A stretch of 32,000 nt of DNA, from the NCBI GenBank assembly GCA_002009975.1, contig MTLP01000028.1, positions 24,546 to 56,545 on the forward strand, in the 5' to 3' direction. Positions 15,414 through 25,800 of this stretch are shown in pieces. The position numbers and the translations under genes are program-made. This DNA is from Thermococcus sp. JdFR-02. GTDB lineage: Archaea; Methanobacteriota_B; Thermococci; Thermococcales; Thermococcaceae. Every line of letters begins with the position of its first letter. Positions within the stretch are counted from its first letter, which is position 1. A model generated the notes under the pieces. That model saw only the letters and a program-made list of their open reading frames with translations, had not been told where the DNA came from and ran no database searches.

Positions 15414-16451
15414 ATGAGGGACTTAAAACTCTTTAGTTTGGCTTTTTTCAGTTACCTCCTCTTAACTCTTTATGCTAATATCTTTCTTAAACCTAAGCTT
15501 TATGCAGTGAATTTGGACATGTCGAGAATATGGATAGCTACACTTATAGCACTTACTTTTTACCTTTCTTTTGTCTTTGGATATTTTAAACCCATAAAGC
15601 TTCCCAAATATGTTTACTGGTTTATTGTTTTTATTCTATCCTTCGCTTTTGTTCCTTATGGACCAGTGACTGCTCTTTTATTCGTTTCCGCATACTTTGT
15701 CTATAAAGAGAGGTTATTTGAAAGATTTTCTTATTTCGCATTTTTTCTGGGTTTAGCAGTTGTTCTCTTTTCTTATTATTACGTTGGCATTCCCCTATTG
15801 AACTGGGAGGTTAGGTTCATCCTCTCCAAGATTCTTGTCTTATCTTCAGTTCTTTTCACCATTGGAATAGTTTATGTGGATAATCAAAAAGTTAAAGCTC
15901 TATTATTTATAATTGCGGAGATTCTTGCATTTTTGGGTACTTTTCGGTCTCTCATGCTTTTGATATTTGTAGCATACTTTGTTCCCTATTACCTAAAAAA
16001 TAAGGTAGATTTGAGATTGATAAGCCTCTTAACGCTAATTGGTTTAGCCTTGCTGTATCTGAGTGATAATCTAACCTCCTTGTTAGTGAGGATAGGTTTT
16101 ACTTTTTTAGTTTTCCATAATTTGGTTAATATTTCTCTTCCTTTTGGATTTTTTCATGGTTCTTTGCTCTTAAATTCTGATCCAAGGTGGAGAGTGGCTT
16201 TTATGTTTACTCTAAATGGGAGCTATACCTATTTTCTCTTTGGACAACCAATAGCGGATTTTGGAATTCTTGGAATTTTGGAGGCTTATTTGTTGGGAGT
16301 TCTGCTTAGACTGTCCAATAGGGATTTAAGGGGGAATGTAATGGTTCTCTCGCTTTTAATTTATGCTATAGAAACAGGTTTAGATGCATTCCTTCTCTCA
16401 AGTCTAATTCTTTTTGGTGGCATATTTTCTAAGGGTGAAGTACAAAGTTAA
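15414..16451 (+). CDS. Polytopic integral membrane protein (9 or more TM), unknown function
   Basis: The ATG at 15414 has a GGTGGTG RBS; the track start at 15330 would overlap the divergent AglB-like start. Very hydrophobic and Phe/Leu/Tyr-rich, with one larger loop (NSDPRWRVAFMFTLNGSYTYF). No motif recognised. Confidence 0.75.
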   Translation: MRDLKLFSLAFFSYLLLTLYANIFLKPKLYAVNLDMSRIWIATLIALTFYLSFVFGYFKPIKLPKYVYWFIVFILSFAFVPYGPVTALLFVSAYFVYKERLFERFSYFAFFLGLAVVLFSYYYVGIPLLNWEVRFILSKILVLSSVLFTIGIVYVDNQKVKALLFIIAEILAFLGTFRSLMLLIFVAYFVPYYLKNKVDLRLISLLTLIGLALLYLSDNLTSLLVRIGFTFLVFHNLVNISLPFGFFHGSLLLNSDPRWRVAFMFTLNGSYTYFLFGQPIADFGILGILEAYLLGVLLRLSNRDLRGNVMVLSLLIYAIETGLDAFLLSSLILFGGIFSKGEVQS

Positions 16452-16487
16452 ATACCCAAAGGGTAAAGCCTCCTTAAGGTGGGAGCA

Positions 16488-17720
16488 ATGAAGAGAAAGG
16501 GGATACTAATAATAGCTGATGGAATTGGAGATAGACCAATTAAAGAGCTTGAGTGGAAAACACCGGTGGAGCATGCAAATACGCCAAATCTCAATAGGTT
16601 AGCAAAGCTTGGCATTTGTGGAATGCAAGATCCAATTTTTCCGGGACAGCCAGCAGGGAGTGATACAGCCCATTTATCTTTACTTGGCTATGATCCATAT
16701 CAAACTTATAGGGGAAGGGGTTATTACGAAGCATTGGGTGCCGGAATAGATGTTAAGGAAGAGGATTTGGCTTTTAGAGTAAACTTTGCGACTATTGAAA
16801 ATGGGATAATTATTGATAGGAGAGCAGGAAGAATTTCAACGGAGGAAGCCCATGAGCTAGTCAAGGCAATACAGGAGAACGTTAAACTACCAGTGGAGTT
16901 CATTTTCAAAGGAGCAACCTCTCATAGGGCAGTTTTGGTTCTTAGAGGATTGGCTGAAGGTTACAAAGTTGGAGAAAATGATCCGCACGTTGAAGGAAGG
17001 TCACCTCATAAGTTTGACTATGAAGATGAAGCAAGCAAAAGAACAGCGGAGATTTTAGAGGAATTTGTAAGACAAGCTCATGAAATCCTTGATAATCATC
17101 CAATAAATGAAAAGAGAAGAAAGGAAGGAAAGCCCGTTGCAAATTATCTCCTCATTAGAGGTGCTGGAACTGCTCCAAAGATTCCAAAGAAATTCCCAGA
17201 GCAGTGGAAAGTTAGAGCTGGTGCAATTGTTGCCGTTGCTTTAGTTAGAGGTGTCTTGAGGGCAGTTGGGTTTGAAATAATCGAAGTTCTAGGGATTACG
17301 GGGGAATACGATACAGATGAAATGGCAAAGGCAAAAGCCGTTGTTGAGGCTTTAAAAGACTATGATTTCATATTCGTTCATTTCAAGCCAACAGACGCTG
17401 CTGGTCATGATGGTAATTATGCAAAAAAGATTGAGATGATTAAAAAACTCGATAGAATGGTTGGTTACATATTAGACAATGTTGACTTAGAAAAGACGAT
17501 TATTGCTTTAACAGGTGATCATTCAACGCCATGTGAAGTTAAAAACCACTCTGGAGACCCGGTTCCCGTAGTTATTGCAGGTGGAGGAGTAAGGATAGAT
17601 GATATCCAAGAGTTCGGCGAAAGGGCTTGTGCCAAAGGTGGTTTGGGGAGAATCAACGGCAAATACATCGTTCCAATAATGATGAATTTGATGGGAAGGG
17701 CTGAGAAATATGGGGCTTAG
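16488..17720 (+). CDS. apgM: 2,3-bisphosphoglycerate-independent phosphoglycerate mutase, archaeal type
   Basis: ILIIADGIGDRP, PGQPAGSDTAHLS, HFKPTDAAGHDG and TGDHSTPC motifs. AAGGTGGGA RBS before the ATG at 16488. Confidence 0.92.
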   Translation: MKRKGILIIADGIGDRPIKELEWKTPVEHANTPNLNRLAKLGICGMQDPIFPGQPAGSDTAHLSLLGYDPYQTYRGRGYYEALGAGIDVKEEDLAFRVNFATIENGIIIDRRAGRISTEEAHELVKAIQENVKLPVEFIFKGATSHRAVLVLRGLAEGYKVGENDPHVEGRSPHKFDYEDEASKRTAEILEEFVRQAHEILDNHPINEKRRKEGKPVANYLLIRGAGTAPKIPKKFPEQWKVRAGAIVAVALVRGVLRAVGFEIIEVLGITGEYDTDEMAKAKAVVEALKDYDFIFVHFKPTDAAGHDGNYAKKIEMIKKLDRMVGYILDNVDLEKTIIALTGDHSTPCEVKNHSGDPVPVVIAGGGVRIDDIQEFGERACAKGGLGRINGKYIVPIMMNLMGRAEKYGA

Positions 17721-17731
17721 CTCTCTATTTT

Positions 17732-18379
17732 TTAAACTATTTTTGCAAAGCCCTTTTCTATAGTCTTAGCATTACACCACTCTTCTGCAAGCTTTAGGAA
17801 CCTATCTATAACCTCAATGAGTAGACTTGAAGGGACATTAGGGACGCCACAGGCAACAACTAAAAATCTCCCGTCTTTTTTAACCATGGTGTACTGTGAG
17901 TCTCTATATGGGTAAACATGGAGAACCTTTTCTTCATCTGCAATTATTAGAGTGCCTTCTTTCAAAATCTTGAGCTTTCCTCCTATTGGTAAAAACTCTT
18001 CTCCTCCCTTTGAAAGCCTTAATATTGGAATCCCTCTGACATTTTCCATTTGGTATATTCCAATGGGTATGCAGTATTCAGCTGAAGCTAAGTTGCCAGC
18101 GTCAACAACGGTGTTTATTTTGGGAAAATTTCCTTTAAATGCTCTTCTTATCAGCGCTTCTGCGGAAGGTCTTTGTTTGGTTGGGTCTATTCCTATTCTC
18201 CAGTAAAAATCTCTATATGCTCTGACAATTTTGTTATCTTTTAGACTCTCTAAACTGCCATACTTTTTGAGTATATGGGAGACATCGAACTTAATTGATG
18301 GCTTTACTTGAGCATCAACTAATGCATAATATAGCTTGATCCCATATTTGTGATAAACATCTTTTGAGATATGCAACAT
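17732..18379 (-). CDS. Stand-alone B3/B4 (PheRS beta-subunit-like) tRNA-binding domain protein
   Basis: YRDFYWRIGIDPTKQRPSAEALIRR...INTVVDAGNLAS...PIG is the characteristic B3/4-domain pattern. 215 aa. Confidence 0.75.
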   Translation of the reverse strand: MLHISKDVYHKYGIKLYYALVDAQVKPSIKFDVSHILKKYGSLESLKDNKIVRAYRDFYWRIGIDPTKQRPSAEALIRRAFKGNFPKINTVVDAGNLASAEYCIPIGIYQMENVRGIPILRLSKGGEEFLPIGGKLKILKEGTLIIADEEKVLHVYPYRDSQYTMVKKDGRFLVVACGVPNVPSSLLIEVIDRFLKLAEEWCNAKTIEKGFAKIV

Positions 18380-18475
18380 ACTTTAAAAATGAGCTTTAGG
18401 GTATAATGAGTTTTCTTTCAATGATTATCGAAAGGTTAATATTTATGTTTTATAAATTTCCTTTTAGGTGATCCT

Positions 18476-19627
18476 ATGAACCCTCTTGAAGAAGCTTTAA
18501 AGATTAAAGACCAAATAATAGCTTGGAGAAGAGATTTCCACCAATATCCAGAGCTTAAGTATGAAGAAGAAAGAACATCAAAAATAGTTGAAGAGCACTT
18601 AAAAGAGTGGGGATATGAGGTAAGAAGAATTTCTACTGGAGTTATTGGAACCATTGGTGAAGGGGACAAGATGATTGCTTTAAGAGCAGATATGGATGCT
18701 TTGCCTGTTCAAGAGGAGAATGATGTTCCTTATAAGTCTAAGATTCCTGGAAAGATGCATGCTTGTGGTCATGATGCTCACACTGCAATGCTACTAGGAG
18801 CAGCAAAAATAATAGCGGAACATAAGGAAGAGTTAAATGGAAAAGTTAGGGTGATTTTTCAGCCAGCAGAAGAAGGAGGAAATGGAGCAAAGGTTATGAT
18901 AAAAGGAGGAGCCTTAGAAGGAGTAAATGCGATTTTTGGAATTCATGTTTGGTCAGAATTACCAAGTGGGGTTATTGGCATTAGGGAAGGACCTTTCTTG
19001 GCTGGTGCCGGCGAGTTCCATGTAAAGATTAAGGGTAAGGGAGGACATGGAGCTTCACCGCACGAAACCGTTGATCCAATAGTAGTAGCATCTCAAGCAG
19101 TTTTAGCTTTTCAAACGATTGTAAGTAGAAATGTGGAGCCAATTAAGCCTGCTGTTGTCAGTGTAGGAGCAATTCACGCTGGAACGGCTTTTAACGTGAT
19201 TCCAGAAGAAGCTGAAATGAAGGGGACTTACAGGTTCTTTGAGCCAGAAATTGGAAAGCTAATTGAAAAGAGAATAGACGAAATCTTAAGTGGAATAACA
19301 AAAGCTTACCACGCTGATTATAAGTTAAATATCGTTGAGTTAACTCCACCAACTATAAATCATTCTAAGATGGCTCAATTTGTTAAAGATGTTGCTCAGA
19401 GATATAGTATAGGAACAGTAAGTGAAGTTTCTTTAACAATGGGTGCTGAAGATTTCTCATTCTATTTACAAAAAGTTCCAGGGGCATTTGTTGCACTGGG
19501 AATTAAAAACAAAGCTAAGGGAATAATTTATCCACATCATCATCCAAAATTCAATGTTGACGAAGATATTTTGCATCTTGGGACAGCTTTAGAAGTTGCT
19601 CTGGCTTTTGAGTTTTTGAGATTATAA
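18476..19627 (+). CDS. M20D-family amidohydrolase (aminoacylase/carboxypeptidase type)
   Basis: RRDFHQYPEL, ALRADMDALP, MHACGHDAHTAMLLGAA, FQPAEEG and HHPKF motifs. 383 aa. Confidence 0.9.
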   Translation: MNPLEEALKIKDQIIAWRRDFHQYPELKYEEERTSKIVEEHLKEWGYEVRRISTGVIGTIGEGDKMIALRADMDALPVQEENDVPYKSKIPGKMHACGHDAHTAMLLGAAKIIAEHKEELNGKVRVIFQPAEEGGNGAKVMIKGGALEGVNAIFGIHVWSELPSGVIGIREGPFLAGAGEFHVKIKGKGGHGASPHETVDPIVVASQAVLAFQTIVSRNVEPIKPAVVSVGAIHAGTAFNVIPEEAEMKGTYRFFEPEIGKLIEKRIDEILSGITKAYHADYKLNIVELTPPTINHSKMAQFVKDVAQRYSIGTVSEVSLTMGAEDFSFYLQKVPGAFVALGIKNKAKGIIYPHHHPKFNVDEDILHLGTALEVALAFEFLRL

Positions 19628-19807
19628 CAATTTTTTAAAAATTTTCCAATCAATTATTTATTCTTTTGCCTAATTTTTGTTCTCATTGTTGTCATATTTT
19701 AAGTTTTTATTTACGTAAATTGTATTACTATTCAACATTTTACTAAATATCAACATTGAACTTTATATTTTTAAGAAAAATTACCAGAATACTTTACTCA
19801 TAGAAAG

Positions 19808-19815
19808 TTTTATAT
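19808..19815 (+). promoter_or_regulatory. Candidate TATA box of the giant protease gene
   Basis: AAAG-TTTTATAT is about 50 nt upstream of the ATG at 19866. A strong GGAGGTG RBS lies at 19854..19860. Confidence 0.4.
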
Positions 19816-19865
19816 CCTCGATGAGAGTAGTATAGAAATGAATACTTATATACGGAGGTGTACTG

Positions 19866-22800
19866 ATGAGTAGAAAAACTCTAAGCGTACTTATTATATC
19901 TTTAATGCTCTTTTCAGTAGTTCCAGTGGCTCTAGTAAGTGCGGGGGTTACTGATTCCGAACCCCAAGTATCTCATAAGGTTACAAAATTAGCTATTATT
20001 TCAAAAGAGCCAGAAACAGCAAAAGATCCAATGGAAAAAATTGAACCTAAATTGCTTGACATACTAAAAGGCAAAGTAGAAGTTTATGTCCCAGAAGTGA
20101 ATGGGAAAAAACTGCTACCTATACATATAGTTACAACTTCTGACATTTCTTCAAAGTTGAGAGGTGTGGAGGTAGTTGGCAAGAGTGAAATTGCGGGAAT
20201 GACAGTATATTTAGCGTTGGTTCCAATTAAAGAGGAAAGTGAGAGGATAATATTAAAGATTGCGTCCATTCCTGAAGTTGAAGCAGTTACAAGAACGAAT
20301 CCCTTTGAACCTATTGGAGACGTTAAGCCTATTGAAGAAAAAGAGAACCGAGAATTTGTTAAGATTCCAAAATCAAAGTTTTCTAAGTTAATAGAATTAA
20401 AAGGAGAATGGTTCCCAGAAGAGGTTAATGGTTATAGAGTAGTTAAACTGACAGATCTTCTTCCAGAGAAACTAAAAGAGCTACAGGATCAAAGTCTTGC
20501 AAGAAGAGGGGAGATAACTTTAGAAAAAAGAGAGGTTGAGGTTAAAAACCCAATTCAACCACAAGACTATTTTGCGATCTACCATCATGGAGCATTAAAT
20601 ACTTGGGTAGATTTGGGCATTACAGGAGCTGGGATCAATGTGGCAATAATTGATAGTGGCGTTGACTTTGGAAATCCAGATTTGCAAGATGCTTATGCTG
20701 TTGAAATGAATCCAGAAAGCCCGTATTATGGATGGCCAATAGCCTTTAGCGGACACTCAATGATTTGGTATCTTTTGATGAACATGACATTCCCAGATTA
20801 TATCTACTCCTGGTATGCTAACACTTCAAGATATGTCTTATCTCCAATAATAATGGAAGGAAACTTTAGCATAGGTTATAAAGGAAACTTCACCACAGTA
20901 TTCACTTCTATGGACTTGGCAAACGTTATTGATGATTATGAGAGAGCAGACATAATAAACGCAACACTTGACTGGATTGGAAATGTAAGCACTATTCTCT
21001 TGGTCGATGATGATGGAGAAGATCTTCTAGAAGAATTTTATGTAAATGCTTTAGACATCCTTGGAGTGAACTATACATATTACGAAGTCCCATATGGCAA
21101 GATAGGTCCCAACTCTACCGTAATGAGCAATTACGACTTGGTTATGTGGTTTACTGGAGCAACTTATAAAGACACCTTAACGGTTGAAGACATTGGAAAT
21201 CTAACAGAGTATTTAGATAATGGTGGAAAATTATGGTTCATTAGTCAGGACTACCTATATGACAAAGATGATGGTCCAATTTACACCAACAGGCATGTAA
21301 TATACAAGCAGGAGAATGCTACTGCACCACCAGAAGGTAATAGTACAGAACACTACTTCAATGTGACAGCTAGCGCTCCGATTCTTAGGGTTGTTACAAC
21401 AAGCGATTATAGCAACTTAGATATTGATATTGAGCTCTATTACTATAATGAAACAAGTGGAGAATGGGAATTTATTGACGATTCAGATGGCTTAGATTCA
21501 ATGGAAGAAATTATCATTGAAAATCCACTAATAGGTCAGTACATGGTTGATGTATATAGCTTTGAAAATCCAGAATATGACAATGCTACGTACACTATAA
21601 AAGTTGAAACTGCTAACATATCAGGATACTTTACTTATGAATATCTACATGTTGGGAATGTCTCCATAGAGGATATGCCAGTACCTACAGTGCTTGAAGA
21701 CTTTAATGGAGCAAAATATCGCGCAGGTGAGGTGTATTATGGAATTTACGAGAGTCCTACGGACATATGGGCAGACTATATAGTTCCCGACGAAAATGCT
21801 ACAGTCTTATTAAGAGGATACACTGCTTATGCAACTAATGGATCTACCATCTACCTTGTTAAATTGCCATTAAATAATAACTTAGAGGTTCCAACACAAA
21901 GCGAAGAAGTCCATTTAGGATTACATCCAGATTTAGCACTTTGGTTCTACTGGTATGGAGGATGGGTATTGGTAACAGATCCAAATAATGCAACGGTTTA
22001 TGACACAGTCTATGTGGACCTTACTCCAGTATGGGGAGTTCCAGATTTCAATGAGGATGTGGGACATACTAAAAATAATCCAGTGGTTCAATTAGACTTC
22101 TGGGATGCATTTAACGATGAATTTGGTCAAGATGGATACGCTGACCTTTCAGGTGGACTAATTTACTTCATAGCAGATGGACAAACACCAATACCCTATG
22201 CAGATATAGTTGCTTCTAGATGGGGACTTAACCTACCAATTCCAGAAAATGGTGAGTTAGTGGCGTTTATGATAGGTACGGACTGGATTGGAGGAGGAGA
22301 TCACGGTACATTATGTGCAGCTGCAGTTGGAGCAAGAGGAAGAACGTTTATGGGGTTAACATTTGGTACAGCAATTGAGGCAAAAATAATAGCTGAAGGT
22401 TCTCTCTATTCAGGTGGAAGTTGGTTTGACTACGTTTACTTTGCTGTTCAAGGTTACGATGGAGTCCCAGGCACAGGAGATGAAGCATTTGTTGTAAGCA
22501 ATAGCTATGGAAACTCCTACGTAATTAACAAAGGCTACTACTATGCAGATAGATTTATTGATTTTGTAACAACTCTCTATACTCCATGGGTAACGTTCCT
22601 CTTTGCTGCAGGCAATGGCGGTCCAGGTTATGGAACAGTTACAAGTGAGGGAGCTTCTCCAGGAGTAATTACTGTAGGAGCTGCAGTTGAATATGGATAT
22701 AGAAACTTATTTGGATACGATGGTGGTCCTTTAGGATACGAATTTGCAAATTATGGGGACGTTGTGGAGTTCTCTAACAAAGGTCCAAACGCATTGGGGC

Positions 22801-25800
22801 AAGTTGATCCTGACATTTTAGCAGTGGGTGCATTTGCACTGGGAAGTTTACCTGTTAACAGCATAGGAGATGGATTCTGGGCAAGCACTTTGTGGTCTGG
22901 AACAAGTCTAGCAACTCCAATGGCTGCTGGTATCACGGCTTTGGTTTACCAGGCATACTATCTAGCACATGGAACTTACCCAACAAGCCAAGAAGTTAGG
23001 GAAATCTTAATGAGTACAGCAGATAATGTAAATCACGATGTCTTTAGCCAAGGTGCAGGATTCCTAAATGCTTATAGAGCCGTTATGGCGGCATTAAACC
23101 AAGAGGGAATAGTTGTATCTCCATCACTATGGCAAGCTGGAGACTATAACGGACAAGAGTATAGGGCATTTGCAAAGATCATGTATCCTGGAGAAAGTGA
23201 CTCACAAGAGTTCGTAGTTAAAAACATGAATCAAGCTGCAGATAAAAATGTAAGCGTTTCAGCAGAGATTTTCGAAAAGATAGGAGAGACCACATTTGAG
23301 GTTTCTGTGGGAGGTTTGTATAGAATAGACCAATATATCCCAGATGATGCAGAATTAATGAAAGTCACAATGTACATTCCATACGAGCAATTCGATGAGG
23401 ATTGGGACTATTCATATGACACATACTTATATTTCGAGCTCTTTGCATGGACAGATACAAATGGTAATGGCACAGTCGAGTTCTGGTATGAGACAAATAG
23501 GATACAACATGCAGCAAAAGCTGGAACTACAGCATCAACAATGCTTGGAAATCCATGGGATAAATTCACAGATGGATTGCTCTTGAGAATTAGGGCTGGA
23601 GGCTATAACAATATAGTGAAGCTTGAGTTCTACAAGAGGGTTCCATGGGAGTGGGTTACAATTGATAATTCAAGCTTAATAGTTGCAGCTAATGGAAGTG
23701 CTACCTTCACAGCAACATTAACGGTTCCAGAAGATACACCATTTGGAGTATATGAAGGTGCTATTTACTTGAAATATGATGGAACCGAAACTACAATCCC
23801 AATAAGCGTTGTTGTTGCTTCACCAACGCCAGAATTTGAATTTGGTGGCGATATAAACGCAACAGGACTTTATGATAATTCAAATGTCTACGGCTATATG
23901 GACTGGTGGTGGAGATACGAAAGTGGAGACTGGAGATTGTTCTACTTTGACATAGGGGATGAGTACAGTATTGGTGACAACACTTACGTAGTAGCAGATG
24001 TCTCATGGGATGGATCCCTCCCAACTGATATTGACTTACATCTCCTAGGACCTGAAGAAGATGACTGGAGCTATTACTTCCCCGAGATTTATGGTCCATA
24101 CGCACTTAATGTAATTGCATCAAGTAAGGACACCTACATGGGGTCTGGAATATTCCAATTTGCAACTTCAAGCGGTGGAACAAGAGAGATAATAGCAGGG
24201 AAGGCACAAAATGGTTTGCACGCTTTATGGCTACACAATGTCCTCTTTGATGGAAATGCAAGCTTTAGAACATTCTATGGAAGAGTAGGTCTGCTTAATG
24301 TATATCCAAATGAGTGGAATGAATATATAACCCAAGAAAATGGAACAATGCAGTTCCTAGTTTCAAGAACAATAGACTTTGGAAATATCACAGCAAGTGC
24401 TAAGTCAGCAATTACTGAAGGATACAAGGATGTTTTGGCTCCTGATACGGGAGATAGCCATTATTATGCATTTAATGTCACCACAGGATCTGTGAGATTG
24501 CATGTTAAACTAACCAGCATTTACGACGATTTAGCTGGAGTAGACTTAGATTTGTATGTGTACTACAATGGACAATTGATTGGTTCTTCATTGTCTCCAA
24601 CTTCAGACGAGGAAGTTGTTGTGGATGACCCAGAGCCAGGAGAGTACATTATTGAGGTTTATTCATGGAATAATCCAGTTCCAGGAGAAGCTACATATGA
24701 CCTAGAAATATACGATTTTGGTGGAGAGAAGTTAGAAGTGTTGGACATTACGGAAATTGGGACTGAAGAGTACCAAATTGACCTAGCGTATCATGATATA
24801 CCTGTAAATGAGAGTACATTAGGAACTGAAGTGAAAGGCTTAGTATTCATAGGCTCAGACCTAGCGCCAAAGTTAGTTACGGTTCCAGTAACTCTTATTG
24901 TTGGCAACATCAGCTCAAGAGCAGATACGAGAATAGTTAATGTGATCTTAGAAAGTGAGGAAGATGTAATCAAAGTTGGAAGTACCGTTAGTATAAAAGC
25001 TACTATAGTCAATGAAGGTCCAGCAATTGCTTCAAATGCTGAAGTTGTGCTCTTTAAGGACAATGTTCCAATAGATAGGGTAGTGTTAGGAGACTTTAAC
25101 ATCAGTGAAGTTTATGAAGTGGTATTCAACGTTACTATAACGGACGACATAGCTCATGAATACAAAGTAGTTGTTAGCTCTGACAATGACTACAATATGG
25201 GCAACAACTACAACATAATGAACATTAAGGGTATGGAAGTTGAAGAATTCTTGTTCTCTGAAACAGGAAATGTCACAATAAACGCAGTCTTTGATGGAAT
25301 TGCGGAGGTTACTACGGTAGAGAAGAAGGAGAGAAAGATTGAGGTTACTGTGGATGGAACTCACGGTGCTATAGTTACATTAATGTTTAACCTACCACGT
25401 GACTTACACTACTACGATGTCATAATCTATGATGCAGATTTGATAAGTAGTAGAATAATAAGGGTAGCAACTTCGACAATTCTTGAAGTTAAAGTGCAAC
25501 TACATTCACCAGCACAAATTACCGTTGAATACATGACAGCTTCAGAAGCATTATACCAAATAGGAACCCTCTGGTATGTAGTCTACAACAAGAAACTTGA
25601 TACGTTTGAAGAACTCTACAATAAAGCTGTTGAACTTGGAATTGATAATGAAACGATTCAAGAGGCTCTACATCACAAAGAAATCGCTGAGCAATATTAT
25701 GAAGAAGCGGGCAAATTCGGTCCTATAATAAGGAATCTAACAAATCCAAAAGTGCTTCCATATTTGAGAAAAGCGTATATTCACATGAAGAGAGCAGTAG

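Noticed and set aside
21348-24719. PPC-1 and PPC-2 as a nucleotide-level repeat suggesting recent recombination
   Set aside because: The similarity is only at the level of protein motifs. No extended DNA identity is visible.
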